From: Lama guanicoe
Taxonomy: Eukaryota
NCBI GenBank assembly: GCA_013239625.1
Contig: MU053520.1
Location: forward strand, 124,001 to 188,000
DNA: 64,000 bases
Direction of reading: 5' to 3'
Part shown: one piece after another, positions 39,800 through 53,458 of the stretch
How the letters are laid out: each line of letters opens with the position of its first letter
How positions within the stretch are numbered: the first letter of the stretch is position 1
Made by a program: the position numbers and the translations under genes
Notes under the pieces: model-generated
What the model was told of the DNA's origin: nothing
Database searches by the model: none
Seen by the model: the letters and a program-made list of their open reading frames with translations, nothing else

Positions 39800-41800
39800 T
39801 TCTCCTTTTATTTATTCATTCAAAATATATTTGTACAGAATATGCTATGTTCTGTTTCTTGTGCTGGTCCTTGGAGAAGCAAAGTGAAAGGTAGATAAAA
39901 TTCTCAGCCTTAGAGAGGTAAAAATGATGCTCTACTGTGGAAGAGGAAAACAAGGAACATGTGAATGCATACACGTTACAGTTTAGAATAAGAGGCAGGA
40001 AATGAAAAAAGGAAATAAAAAAAGAGAATAATTAGGGGTGCTATTACACTCTCTTTTTCTGACAGTCCCTGCTACTCCCTTTTGTTTTAGCTGGGGGAGT
40101 AGCATTTATGCCACCCTCCTGGCCTCTACATTTCAGTTTACCAAGGATAGTGATGGTGAGAGCCTGCTTTAGCACTGAGCCTAAATGTGCTTTACTTGTT
40201 GAACTTGCACTCTATCCTTTTTCCCACACCAAGAATCACATCAAATTTTTGTTAAATTATGAAAGATTGTTTGAAGCAAAAAAAGTTATCAATGTTCTCT
40301 TTTCTTTTGTTTTTTTGGAGGGAATGCCTACAAGCAGAACAGATTTGTCCTGGGTACTATTGCTTAAATGATAAAGTCCTTTCTACCTTCTCAAGTTCCA
40401 GACTTAAGAAAAGCAGAAATACTTTTAGCAAGCCTCATCCCAGCCCACTTGCTTGTTTCTCCTGAACACATTCCTAGCCTCCCTCCTGGAAATGTCCTGG
40501 ATATGTCCCTCTTCTTTCCTTCCTTCCTTCCTTCCTTCCTTCCTTCTTTCCTTCCTTCCTTCTTTCCTTCCTTCCTTCCTTCCTTCCTTCCTTCCTTCCT
40601 TCCTTCCTTCCTTCCTTCCTTCCTTCCTTCCTTCCTTCCTTCCTTCCTTCCTTCCTTCCTTCCTTCCTTCCTTCCTTCCTTCCTTCCTTCCTTCCTTCCT
40701 TCCTTCCTTCCTTCCTTCCTTCCTTCCTTCCTTCCTTCCTTCCTTCCTTCCTTCCTTCCTTTTTCCATTCAGTGTATACCTGGCTGGATGCCTGTAATGC
40801 ATGGCAAGCAAGAATAATGAATTTTCTAGAAGAAAGGAGAGGGATAGCAAACAAACAAATAGAAGAAAAAATGTGAAATGACCATAAAATGCTAAACAGA
40901 TAATTAACACAGAGCCTGGAAACAGAATAATCTGATGACTCCTCTCATTTGGGTAGTTAAGGGGAATTATATCTGATCAGGTGATATATAATCTAAGATC
41001 AAATGACAGGAAGGAACCAGCCATGACTTGATAAGGTAAGAGCATTATGGGCAGAGGGAACAGCCAGTGCCAAGACCCCCATAATGTTTTCTAGGAGCAG
41101 AAAGATCACTCCTGTGACTGGAGAACAGTGAATACAGGGGAGACTTGAACAAAAGGTGGTCAGAGGCTATGGCAAACATCCTGACACATAAAGATTCCTG
41201 AGCCATATTAAAGAGTTTGAGCTTATTGGATTTATTCTAGGTAAAATTAATTAATTAATTAATTTTAAAAAGCTGTTGAAGACTTTCAGTCATAAAACTG
41301 CTTTATGTTGTAGATCAGTATCTCTCAAACTTATTGTGCATACAGATCCCCCTGAAGGGTTCATTAACAGAAAGATTCTGGTTCAGTAGGTCTGGAGTGG
41401 GGACTGAGATTCTCCATTTCTAACTAGCTCTCATGTGATACTGATGCTGCTGGTTCAAAATCAGTCTTTACAAGAATGAGGGTCTAGAAGATCACTGAAA
41501 TTCATTGGAGAGTAAATTCCAGGGAGACCAGAGAACAAGCAGAAAGATCAGTTCAGAGGCTCTTCTTGCAGCATTTCTGGTGAGAGATTAGCATGACCTG
41601 GACAATGTTGTTGCTAGTAGAAATGGAGAAAGTAGTTGCTTTCAGAATACATTGTGCAAGTTGAATAGGACTTGCTGATGACTGGATGTAGAGAGAAGGG
41701 GAAATCAATGAAAACGTCTAGAATGTTGGCTGAAACAGTTATGTAGATGATAATGCCAGTTGCTAAGATAAAGAAGAGAGGCAAACAGAGCAGGACTGGG
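39800..41800 (-). mobile_element. L2 fragments with an embedded MER5A (~41320-41485)
   Basis: tttattcattcaaaatatatt, gcagagggaacagccagtgc and ggacttgctgatgactggatg motifs. Confidence 0.6.
40512..40760. repeat. (TTCC)n microsatellite, ~250 bp
   Basis: Near-perfect tetranucleotide array. Confidence 0.99.
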
Positions 41801-42474
41801 ATTATGTCAGTCTCATCCCAAACTTCATCCCATATTTAGCATAGGATTTAGGTGGGAATTTTTAAAAATATATTTTACAACTTATCACTCATGCTAAAGA
41901 TATAAAAGGAAGATGTCAATTCCTTGATTATTTTATCATCAAATAATGGAGTATTTATAAATAATGATTCCAATAAATAAGAAACTTATTGGAAGTTAAG
42001 TTTCTTAAATCCACTCCACATTCTATATGTGCATAAAGAATGATGCTTAAAGTCACATGCTCAAAGGAAAGAGCATTATGTCAGAAGCAACTGAAAAGTC
42101 ATATAGCAACATCAGTTAAGCTCTAGATGGTTAAATATGGGTATTCATTTTGAGCTGGAGGCTTTGTAGAATTAAAGACAAGAAAAAATTATTTACACAT
42201 GGAAACAACCAAAGGTGGATTTTTTTTTTTTTGCCTATGTATTGTAAGAAAGGTTGGCTCCCTGTTTGCATTGTCAAATATGATTAATGAGGTAGGAAAC
42301 TTTTTCTCACATTTAAAAACTATTAAATTACAAAGGAATACTGTAATATATCCAGGCAATTAAATGCCAGCAGGTTTGTAGATGTTGAGGTTAGAAGCCC
42401 TGAGTTCACTCCCCAAGGTGAATTAAAGGCGTATTGACTAACTCTGCCTTGAGGAGCTCTGAATACACTAGTTT

Positions 42475-42800
42475 TTATTTTGTAAGCAGTGCTACTTGAA
42501 AATATGGAAAATATTCTTGAGCATTCATAGAAAGCTGTGTGTTTAATGAAGGGCTAGACATATCTGCTAACAATGAAGGCCATGGTAATTTGTTTGGCCT
42601 TAGATCTTGTCTAACGAAAAGAAATACGTTGACAGAGAAACTCCATCTTATGCCTAGTACAGCAAAACTATTCTTAATTTGTAGCAACATCCTGGCCGTT
42701 AAGCAATCATCCCAATTATCTGAAACTGGTATGGCTAGACGATACTTGATTTCCAAAAAGTTATTGTTTACAAAATATCAACTCATGCGGGTAGTTGGAA
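42475..42800 (-). pseudogene. Relic exon, N-arm (ORF 42475-42756)
   Basis: TARMLLQIKNSFAVLGIRWSFSV and SLLADMSSPSLNTQLSMNAQEYFPYFQVAL vs AAKVILQVKESLGLNGDFSV and KLLQDISEARCKGLQALSLRKEFICWVREAL. Confidence 0.75.
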
Positions 42801-43261
42801 GATGATAGTAGGTGAAGTTATAAGTAATGGGAACATTTCAGAGAAAGGAATAAAGAGTGGAAAAGACACAGAAGAGCATCTATGGAGTGAGGGTGGAGGA
42901 AAAAGTTTATCTGTTGAACTTTTATAAAGAGTGATTGAAGAAATGCAGGATTAAAAAAAAGATTTCTCTTTTTTCTTAGCTAAATGGAAAACACAATAGG
43001 TTGGTAATTCATAGGTAAGCCTTTCTTTGGAAAATAGATAAGCGCTACTGAATTAGAAATAACAAGAACCTCTGGGTTTTGAAAATATTTTGTATTTTGC
43101 AAAGCAAATGCAGTTAGTTATTCCTGGTACTTAGTTATTCTCTCGGTGACCCCAGCACCCCCATGACTTTTACTATACTGTACTTTAAGGCATCTTCCTC
43201 CACCCCTGGACTTTCAGTTCTATTCCCTTGGTGCTCTTTAATAGATCTTCAAACAACTTTA

Positions 43262-43293
43262 AATGAATGAATGAATGAATGAATGAATGAATG
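43262..43293. repeat. (AATG)n
   Basis: About 8 copies, L2-tail-like. Confidence 0.9.
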
Positions 43294-44347
43294 ACTAGAT
43301 GAAAATGTTTTTGAAGTCACCAACCACTTCATTTGACTGCATCACAAAGATTGTCAGCCTAACTTGGAAAGAGAAGGAAAATTAAATCAACTGTTCAGAT
43401 TAGGAATGTTAGGATGCATGGGTTAAGTGACTTGTGAATTTTCTGTTGTGAAGCAAGGGCTAAACCACAGCTGTTTTGATTACAAATCTTTTCACCTTTC
43501 CATTTTTATGCTGAGGTTTTCTGAGACAATAGCTGAAGGGGTTTCTTCAGTATACAGCCAGGAGAAGAACAAGGCAGTCAGCTGATTACTTTAAATGACC
43601 CAGAATATTCCAGTCTCTTTCCTAGGAATGCATTCTACTTCCTCAGAGCCCTGTACCCCCACCAACTTCCCAGGCCATTTAATAATTTCATGGCATCTCT
43701 TTTAGAAGATGCCAGTAATAAGGATTGTCAATTTCATTATGTTAAATGATCTTAAAGCAAAGGAAGAAAAGAAACTTACCTAAAGAGAATGTGCTCTGTG
43801 ATCCAGGCTCTTTACATATGCTACCTGTGCAGTGCCTCTTAAGTACTCTTATATGAAACACACACATGTACATGCACATGAACACAGAATGTAAACATCC
43901 CTCACAATCTTACTATTATTCAAAAAATTTTACTTATAAATTTTTACTTATAAAATATGAAGTAAAAATCCCTGCCTATGTTCACTTCAATGCCACCAAA
44001 CCTCTATTTCAGTCTAGATTCTTCCAGAATTCAGATAGAGCACATTCTACTAATCTCAATCTCTTTCTTTTATATATACATATATATATATCTTATGTAT
44101 ATATATGTATAAACACCCACTTTGAATTTAACCTTTAATACAGGTTTAGAGAGAAAATATGATTATACTATATTCCTTTGCTCAAACAAGGACATTAAAG
44201 ATAAGAAATTTCAAAAAATTTGTCTAAGGCCACAGAGTAAATAGCAGAGGATATGAACCCAGTTCTCCCATATTCCACAGCCTGAAACATGGAGTCTCTC
44301 TCAGAGAAGAAAAAACAAACTTGCCTGCCACCATCATTGTTTTACAC

Positions 44348-44639
44348 CTAGTCTGCTGATTAAAATCATATGTACTAAGTCTATCTAGTGTTTGGAATAC
44401 TCCACCAAACTTTGGGTCTTCCTAAATTCCACCTGTTATTGAGCCCACTCTAAAAGCAAAAGCTGTCAACATTCAGAAAGACATACCCAGCAGAGGCATC
44501 TGCAGGACTAGTCAGGATTGGTACTGTCTCCAAAGCTGACAGCAGCCCCAGTGATGATAGGGAGATGCCTGTGGCCACTGACCCAATTCTCTGCTCCCTG
44601 TGATGGCGTAAAGGTGATTCCAGACCTGGTCTTGTGTAT
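44348..44639 (-). pseudogene. Relic exon 44639-44487 and a probable small exon ~44431-44348
   Basis: cttag acceptor and gtatgt donor; phase-1 join with the previous exon; QDQVWNHLY resembles LEEVYDYLY. Confidence 0.5.
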
Positions 44640-47609
44640 CTAAGCATTGTTCATTTGGTGCTGGGTTAGTGCAGTGTCATTAACATCTAAACTACACCAT
44701 GAGCTTTACTTCCCATAAGAATTATCCATGCTAGGGCTGGACTTTTCAAGTTGATTCTTTGTATCTTTATCCTAAAGGTAAGAGAGGTATACTCTAGTCT
44801 CAGACATGCCCCCTATTAGCACGCAAGCTGAGTTTTTAGTGACTAGCTCTGCTTTGCACAGAGAGGCTGCTCAACTGCTTTTGACTAATAAACTGGATAA
44901 ACAGATGAACTGGTTGACTGGGACTCCTGAAGCATAAAAAAGGAAAGAACTTCCAGCTTGGAATAAGAAAACTGGGGTCCTTGTCTTAGATCTGTTTGTA
45001 GCTATATATTCAGATAACATAATCTCTATATGTCTCAGAATATTTACCTTCAGTAAAAAAGGAGAAGATATAATATCTTTATTTTAGAGTTCTTGTCTGA
45101 AAGGAATGAGAGTAAAATTCAATGTGGTTTGTTAACACACCATATAAAATAGAAGTAGAATGCTGGGTATATAGAATTTTTAATTTAATAATTAGAAACT
45201 ACAATAAAGATCAGGCACAATCTTCATTGTCAAGATACTTAAACTAATTATGGTAGCAGGGTAGATGTGAAATCATTGGAAACACAGAATTTCACTAATG
45301 TGCAAGAATCTCAGGTGAATTTGAAAGAGCACTGGCAGTTGAATTAGATTTATCAAGGAAGCCTTCTGAAGCAGATGGTGTTGAAGAACACAATGCTGTA
45401 CTGAAAACCTAAAACGTAACTAATTTCTGAAAGCTTTTTCCAGCTTGTGCAACTGTTGAAATTAATTTATCTTAGAAATAACACTATTGTAGACTCTGAA
45501 AGCCATATGAATTCTGTCTCCTAAATCTTTCTTTACACTAGTTCTTTACATAAAACCAACCTGCCTATGCATCACAGGACAGAGAGAAAGGTAAATCAAT
45601 TATTGCCACAACCTATCCCAGACCACTTCTTCCTCCATGCCTTGCTCTCTGTTTCTAGATCACCATGCTGGCATCTCTCATTTCAAATACCTGTTTCTGA
45701 ATTCTCCTTTGTCTTGGGCCTTTATTCTCTGCCTAGGTGACCTTCCCAATCTCCCCTAACCCAGCTGGACTCTCAGCTTCCTGTGTGCTGAGTTTTAGCT
45801 TTCCTGTAATTCCAGTTAAGATACATTTTGCTACTATCCTTGACCTTGCAAGAACCACAGCAGGAAGGCTAACCTCACCCCCTGACTCTCACATTGACCC
45901 CAGGCCTTGCCATTACAAGAGGGAGAGCAGAGGTAATTCTAATTTTTGCTGAGTTGAGATGGGAATTGAGGTGTGAAAGTTCAGAAGCTGTAGTCTTATT
46001 TACTATCTCTAAAGAGTCCCATCCTTTCCATCTCCATTGTTTCCCCTCCTCCTTTTTTTTCTTTTAAACTGCTGGGTTCCTAGGTGAATAATTCAAATGT
46101 AACTTGTTTATACTTGGTGATCTGAGGTACACTGAAAAATAGATGTAGTAAAATTGGGGGAAAAAATCATTAAAGAGGCGATAAAAACCCAAGTAACCAA
46201 AATGGTGGAAGGAGAAGGGAAAGGAACTTTGGAAAACCAAGGCTGTGAAGAGTTACAATGATTGAATATATCATTTATATCTACATTTCCTGGCTTCTAA
46301 GAAAAGACATTCAATGTGTCATGAAGTTCTCACTCTTTAACAGTAAGAAACCAACAAGTTCATAAATTACAAACAGGCTATACCTTGGTTTGGTTCTGAG
46401 CGAAAAAAAAAAATTGCCTAGGAGATTCATATAAGGGATTTTGAACAAAAATAATGAGTAATATTTTCAGTATATGTATCCTTCTTCTGCTTCAAAATAA
46501 ATATGCTCCCCCATTACAAACGTGACTATTTGTTATATTGAAACTCTGTAAAATTTGAGAAACAGCATTGCATCTTGTTCTGTAAAGGTAATTCTATACA
46601 TACCAGAGAGAGGATTTTCTGTGGAGCCAATAACACCTGGCTTCAGAGCCCCTCACAGGCCTGGTCTTCTTCCAAGCCACAGCACCAAATTTGCATCTGC
46701 AACTTGCTTTCTTTTTCTTCAGGAGAGTCTCCTTAATTGCCTAAGTTTGTCATCCCACAACATGTGTATCTTTTCTAAATCAAATTGCATGTAACCTAGG
46801 TGATCCCTTTAAGGTAGGTGTAGAGTTTGAGACTTTATTGGCTAGGCTTCTGAAATCAGTTGTTTCCTCCAGGTTGTTAACATTACCTCTACAGTAGTCA
46901 AATAGTATTCAGGGTCTCATAGCAATATTCAAAGGAAAACTATTCATTATTATTAAGTGAAAACAGCCACAAACCCTAGATAATATGGTTTTATTCAATG
47001 GCCATTTATTAAAATCCCACAGAAGATTTATTACTCTGTTAAATGCAGTCAATACCACAATCAGGAGCATAGTTTCTACTTTTACAGAACTTCTAGTCTA
47101 ACAGGAAATGAATATGCATTGCCACACAACATCATGAATACTTTAACTGCAGTACACACAAGCATGAGAGAGTGAAAGAGAAAATAGGCAAATTATACTT
47201 AACTTCTCTGGAAAAGTTTGAGAAGAATTCACCCAATAATAAAATTAATAAATGTTATGTTTTATTCTGAAAATTGATAATTGTCTCAAATTTCCTAGTC
47301 ATTTGGGCTATGTTTATTAAATATTTTGACAGTGATCCTTTAGGGGGATAAAAAAGAAGGACGGAACCACAGGAGAACAGGAGTGAATTTAGATATATGT
47401 GAATCATTTGGAAAAATAAGGAAATCTGAGATGGTACATTTAGGGTTTTGACTGGCTAGGGATAAGGGACCTAAGATTAGGATGGAGGAGGTAACTGGGC
47501 TGGGTCAGAGGATCCTAAGTGACCCTGAAATGCCGTGCATGGATATCCAGTTCACAGAACTAACAGGGTCATTTAGGCTAAGGATTTTCAAGTAAACAAA
47601 TTTACCTCC

Positions 47610-48563
47610 GAGGTACACACTGGGAGGCACCTGCCAGGTGCAGATCAGACAGGTGGCCCTCGGGTTCTTGTGGGATGGTGTGTCCCTGACCCTGAAGGGA
47701 GCAGAGAGTAGGAGCTGTCTCCAGACCAAAGGCTGAGGCCTGTGGTGTGGATGGACGGGAGGGAGTGCTGGGGCCCAGGACCCACCTTGCCTGCAGTAGA
47801 ACCAGGGGCCAGCACCACTGCCCCTGGAGCTGGGCCGGGAAGGGGCTGGCAGATTCTCCCCAACATTCCTGGTCCTGGGTCCAGAGGCAGAAAGGAAATG
47901 GAGTGGTAAGACAGGGGTGGCGCAGGGGCCCCGAGACCACCTGCTCGTCTTTCTGGGGAGGGCTCCTCACACCTCAGCATCCAAAGAGGCATCTGCTTTC
48001 TTCCTCCACAGGGTCCTCCTGGTGGCTGCTGACTCTTTCTGCACTTCCTGAGGGTCCTGATCTCCAGGCTCCTGGGTCCTGCGATCCACATATCGAGCCT
48101 TGGTATCACAACCCTCGAGAGCCTCAGGTTCTCCTTCTAGCTGGAATCTGGCTCCTCTTGGCTGTGACCCATCAGCTCCTTCTCAAAGTGGTGGCGCTTG
48201 CTGGTCACATCCACGGGAGCCACCAAGAACTCAGTGTGGGAGGAGCCAGGAAACCTAATGGATTCTGATCTCTGTTTAGCTATGTGGTATCACTCCAGCT
48301 TCTGGCCTAACTTGACCATGCTGGCCAGGAGCCTCATGCTGGTGCTGCAGGTTAAGATGATCTTGGAGTTGTCCCTTCTGGGGCTCATCCAAAAGAAATG
48401 GTCCTGGGGCTGGAGCATTGGAGGGAGCTGCTATAGGTGGACTGCGTGGGCAAGGAGTTTTCGCCTCATCCACCTTGCTAGGAATTTTCACCTGGAGAGT
48501 GGTGAGTGAGAGGCAGCAAGCAACAGTCGGAGACTCCAGCCCCTGCTCTGGCAGCCCTGGCAA
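47610..48563 (-). pseudogene. LAD1: Ladinin-1 processed pseudogene, 5'-truncated, with partial 3'UTR
   Basis: GC-rich intronless island translating TLQVKIPSK..TYSSSLQCSSPRTISF..VKLGQKLE*YH..RSESI..SKRHHFEKEL..KENLRLS..SLDAEV*, matching the LAD1 C-terminus; stop at 47967-47969; frameshifts and stops. Confidence 0.93.
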
Positions 48564-48586
48564 CTAACCTATCCAACTTATATTAC

Positions 48587-50389
48587 ATCTCCAGAGCCAT
48601 GACAATGTGGGAAGCCAATATACCTGTTAAATATTTTTATCTTGCTTGGGTAGGGTATCCTATTTCATTCCCAGTAATTCTAGAGCTAGATACACTCTTT
48701 GATACACATGGATACACCAACTTTCATTTTAAGGTAGGCCTTCCACAGAGTCCTTCAGTGGTGATGGTAACCTGTTGCTGATGTTGCTCATATTGTCAAG
48801 AACACCAGGACACCCTGAAACAAACAAACAAACAAACACACATACTCTTTCTTTGTATCTTCTGCAATGTATACCCTTTTGTGTCCAAAGTGCCAATTCC
48901 TCAAAGATGAAGCTTAGAAGTCTCCAGTGTGGATAATGTATCCTGGTTGCTCCAGAATGGTTGGAGCTCTGCCATTATGCCTCCAGTGCCAAGGTCTGGT
49001 ATCACAGCTAAAACCTGTACTCCAAAGCATTGTCACTGTTCATCCCTTCTGCACCCACCAGGTTGCAAATATGCAAGAGCCAACTATAAATGTTTCGTGG
49101 TTGAACTTGATCCTATCCTTGTTCTTCTCACTGGCATTAGTGAAAATCATTGTCCTACCACTGCAATTCTTCAAGGAGAAATACAGGAAGGAAAATTCCT
49201 TGGGAGTATAGTCAGTTAAGCACAGTTCATTCCAGAATGGTTTGCAGCATCGTTTCTTTGTATACACTTGTGCAGTCAGCTTTCCCAGGACATCTTGGTA
49301 GCTGCAGCAGAGGGTCCAGAGTCTGCTCCCTTCTCACTGCAGCACCCTCAAATCACACTTTTCCACAACCACTTAACTCAGTATAGAGCCTGGTCCAGAC
49401 TCTTTCCAGGCTTATTTCATAATACTTATCCTAGAAATCTTGTTTATCCTGCCTTGCATGGACCTCAGTTAAAAACACCCAAGACCTTCAGAAAGATTTG
49501 CAGACAGAACAGATAAAAGTTTGTATTCTTTCTTTTCCTTGATTTCCTCATGACATTTACTCACACCCTTTTTAGCAAACTTCAGGTTTTATAGATCAAT
49601 AATTTATCTTTCTGAAGAAAATGAAAGTGTTCTCTCACTGTTCCACACAGACGTCTGCAAAAAATGCATTAATTTATATCTGAGGAAGACACAGACATAA
49701 GCTTCAAGAAGGCTGTGGTCTTGTAGGGGGAAGAAAATCTAAATAAATATTTATAAAACATCACAATGCTGTGGAGAAATTAGGCCATAACAAAGCAACA
49801 CATTAAAGGCTTGTAGAAGCTTGTTGGCTGAAACAAACACAGCCAACACAAGTTTTAACTGATTACCTCTATTTATGTTGGACCAATCCAAATAGATTCT
49901 CTAGAAAAAGCACAGATTGTGGAGTCAGAAAATTCTTAGTCTCTCAAACTGGATCTGGAGATAATTTCCTCCCACCCTTATATTTGCAGATATGTTCAAA
50001 TTAAAATTATTCCACTTCCACAAAAATGAAAGCCATCACAGATCTTCTTGTCTCAGCAACTTTTACTGGGAAGTTGCCCAGAATGGAATAATATTAGATC
50101 CTGTATTTTCCTTTATAAGAAAAAAAATTATATGACTCAATAAAAACCTTCCCTGAAGAAGAGAATTACCATATTCAATGATAATCTGTTATTGTGCTGT
50201 TTTCAAAATGAGTTGATTAAAATTCAAGGGATCCTAAGTTCTAAATTCCTCCCATATTGCTCACTTAACGTTTATTATGCAATTTGTGAGTTACCTAACC
50301 TGAAAGAAAATGGTTTGTTTGAACCCTAATTTTAGCCTTTGAATGATGAGGATTGTTTTTTAGCCTTCAAAAATCAGTGTTCAAATTTC
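48587..50389 (-). pseudogene. Five relic exons (50389-50300, 50100-49976, 49654-49565, 49485-48875, 48814-48587)
   Basis: Phases 0/2/2/1 join consistently; contains RLCGT, QDKQDF*D (KHKNQFLD), DLRVLQ*EGSRLWTL (ELLLLKKEKRCVDSL), GSCIFATWW (DSHIFQLFW) and NESWCIHVYQRV (QRDWIKDRVEQI). Confidence 0.75.
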
Positions 50390-51175
50390 CTAGTACATTT
50401 CAAAAACAAAATAGGATATGCTATTATGGTTAAACATTTTAATTCTAAAAAATAATTAAACCCAAATAAAATGAAACAGAAGAAAAATAAAGAGAGGTAG
50501 GGATGAAGCCATCAGTAATTCTCACCTATAGGTGAGAATTTTATGATATAATGAGTGTAATTTTCTCAGTGTTAGCAAGCAACAGATGGAGCTACCACCA
50601 CCACCACCAAGTTATCTGTTTCCAGGCCTGTTCTCTTTATTTAAGAATCACCAGGTTAGCAGTTACTATATCCACATACTGTTCCAAGCACTTTACAAAT
50701 ATTAAATCATTAAATCCTCAGAACAATCCTATGAGGTGATATAATCATAATCTCCATTTTGCAGGTGAGGAAAATGAGGAACAGATTCTCTCTCCTTGGA
50801 GAACTGGAATACCAGGCTGTGCAGACTGAAGATAGCAGTCCAGCTCTTACCCACCGTACTTTACTGTGTCTTCCCATTGCGTTGGAGGCTTTTAATCATG
50901 CCTGTGTTCTAGAATCATGAGAGATATTTCAAAAATTTCTGACTTCAATTCAGACTAATGAAGGGGGTATCTATGGAATTTAGACCAAGACATGCATATA
51001 TTTTCAGAATTCCTTAGTTGACTTTCATGGGCAGCCAGGTTTGAGAACCTCTGTGCCCCAGGGAGCTTCAGCAGGGCAAGAGCTGTGTAACTGGTTGAAC
51101 CTGGGTTCAAACCTTAATTCTTTTACCTACTAGGAGTTTAAGTATGAGTTAGTTTCCTTTCTTGCTGTGTCTTAG

Positions 51176-51609
51176 TGTAATGGAAAAGAACAGATCTGAC
51201 TGCATATTAGATTTGTTCCTTTGGCTTTAACCCTGTGCTCTGTTTTCTAGGCTTAGTCTTGCTAGCTCTGCACTCATGTAAAGATAACAAGTTGCAGAAT
51301 AGAGAATAACATTTGTTTTGTTGGAGGTTTCATAGGAGTACCATGAGCTGGCCCACGTGGACAGCTGCAAGAACAAGTAATTCCTACACCAAGAAGTTTG
51401 CAACAATCAACCACACCCCCTCCCCTGTTTTTTTGTATAAAAGGAGCCTGTATTCTGACTGGAGGAGGATGGTTCTCCAATACATTAGTCTGCCATCCTC
51501 TTGGTCTGCTGGCTTTCTGAATAAAGTCACTATTCCTTGCCCCAACACATTGTCTCCCGATTTATTGGCCTGTCATGCAGCGAGCAGAGTGAGTTTGGAC
51601 TCGGTAACA
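51176..51609 (+). mobile_element. Solo ERV1-like LTR inserted in a MIR
   Basis: TGTAA...GGTAACA ends, TATAAAA and AATAAA signals. Confidence 0.8.
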
Positions 51610-51979
51610 TTGGTTTCCTCAAATATCAACTTCCACTTGTACATTGCAGTTATTACTTTTATTTTTAATATAATTTTCATTAAAATGTCTAAAACTAAAA
51701 TTTGAGTATAATTTGTATGCACCAAGTACTGGTTAAGCAGTTGACACATAATATCCAGTTAAATATGCATATTGTCTCTATGAATTAGTTATATTTTTTC
51801 AAATTTTACCAAATTTTAACATTTTACCATGTAGGAAATTAAGACACATAGTGAATGTGTTTTCCAGCCTCAGATACTGGTTTACTGGTTTTCTCCCCTC
51901 TCTTGTTCTGTAACATTTTTACAGAACAGCTGTAATCACTGTAACACATTTCAGGTTTTTCTTAAAGCAGTATCTTAGT

Positions 51980-52440
51980 TCTGTACTCAATGTCTGGATT
52001 AATCAGCATTTGCAACTGTAATAATGCATAACAAAAAGTAAAACCAAAGAAGACTTAATGATATATAATGATCATTGTTTTGTTTTTGTTTTTTCACTCC
52101 TGCAGCCTCCACTTGGCTGAGATTCATCTGAACTAATTGGATTTGGCTGAGTTTGGCTCCAAGCCAAAGATAGGTTCATGTCAGCTTCATGTGTCTCTCA
52201 TTCTGCTGGGACTATGGGTTAATTGGGACATGTTCTTACATGATAACAGCAGAAATAGGAGTGAGAACAGAAATGCAATGACTTTTAAGGCTTGAAACCA
52301 AGCTGGCCCACTGTCACTTCTACTCATACCATATTGATGGAAACTCAATGAGCAGAGATATATTCTCTGCCTCTAGTAGGAGGAACTGCAAAGTCAAATC
52401 AAAAAGGCAGAGATTCTGGGAGTGGCAACAATTTACCAAC
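51980..52440. mobile_element. Old MLT1 LTR
   Basis: cactgtcacttcta..atattctctgcctctagtagggaggaactgcaaagtca. Confidence 0.6.
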
Positions 52441-52735
52441 AATGATACAGAATCCCTTTCAGTTAGTAAGTAGCATATCTAATAGTTGAAACTGAAATCT
52501 CTCTTAACACAGACTCGAGTGTCTTTTGTGAAATTACTTCAATGAGAACCCAGGAATTTTAAGTTTGAAAGGCTATGGAAAATGACAAGATGAATCATCA
52601 TGGGCTCTTTTCTACCCCCTTTATCTCCTAAAGTTAGAGTTAATAATTGTATTAATTTTATACATTTATAAGATTTATTTATTTATAGGATTCACTTATT
52701 TATAGGATTCCAGCAATATTGTAAGCTCTACTTAC

Positions 52736-53458
52736 ACTTTGAAAATTGTTTGCATTCTTTAATACATAGATGAAGATACTCTTTTTATCTCTTATATTCT
52801 ATCAGTAGAACTAACAAAAGGCTACTCCTTCATGTGAAATTCATCTTCTGTAGTGGCCCTATCTCTTTAAATGTGGCTTTTATGTACTTTAAGTTTGGAT
52901 TAAAAGCCAAACATAACTGAAGCTCTGCAGGTTTCGAAATCAGTAACAGAGTAGAGCAAGGATGGTGTATTTAGATGTCTACAAAAGAAACAATCATCCT
53001 CGTAATAAATGTCAACCTCTCTCATCTTTAATTCCTGTAAGAAAAGATACATTTGAAGCTTGAGTTTAAAAGATAATCTGATAGGATGTGTTTTTACCTG
53101 TGGCTGACTCAGTTAGACCTTATATTAGAAACCCATAGCTTTATCCTAAAGAATCAGCTATAAATGAGGAGTTTCTTAACAGAGGAAAAGCATGGCTGAC
53201 CCATAAATGACTTGAACAAAATTCTTATGTTGGTATTATTCTATTATTTTTTAAGATGGAAAAATAGATGCATCATAGTAATCTGAAGTCATGGTCACCC
53301 ACCTAAACACCTGCTTGTTCCTTAGATTGGACAATTCTCTGGCCTCATAAAAACAGAATATGACTGATGGTCCTACCTTAGTAGAGCCTGGAAGACACTG
53401 TAAAATTAAATTGAACAACGGTTGAGACAGCTCTCGTTTTCATTTTTCAAGTGCTTGT
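52736..53458 (-). pseudogene. Two relic exons (53458-53377, 53034-52736)
   Basis: Strong pyrimidine-tract acceptors, donors gtagga and gtaagt; RELSQPLFNLILQCL|ELKMREVDIY; frameshifts in the second exon. Confidence 0.6.

Noticed and set aside
40368..40910. ORFs of 114-161 aa (PSFL/EGRK repeats)
   Set aside because: Translations of the (TTCC)n microsatellite.
47602..48509. Several 100-170 aa ORFs
   Set aside because: Alternative frames of the GC-rich LAD1 retrocopy.
48915..48945. IIHTGDF as a retrotransposon endonuclease GDFN motif
   Set aside because: No other endonuclease motifs at the right spacing; better explained as an N-arm exon.
48875..49485. Resemblance to PKDCC/DIPK secretory kinases (LTDYTPKEF, EGMN; also LAFNP at ~52.9 kb)
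   Set aside because: Motif spacing does not fit one kinase domain, and the same exons fit RNF213 collinearly with their neighbours.
48929..49516. Long plus-strand frame with one stop
   Set aside because: Antisense shadow of the minus-strand relic exon.
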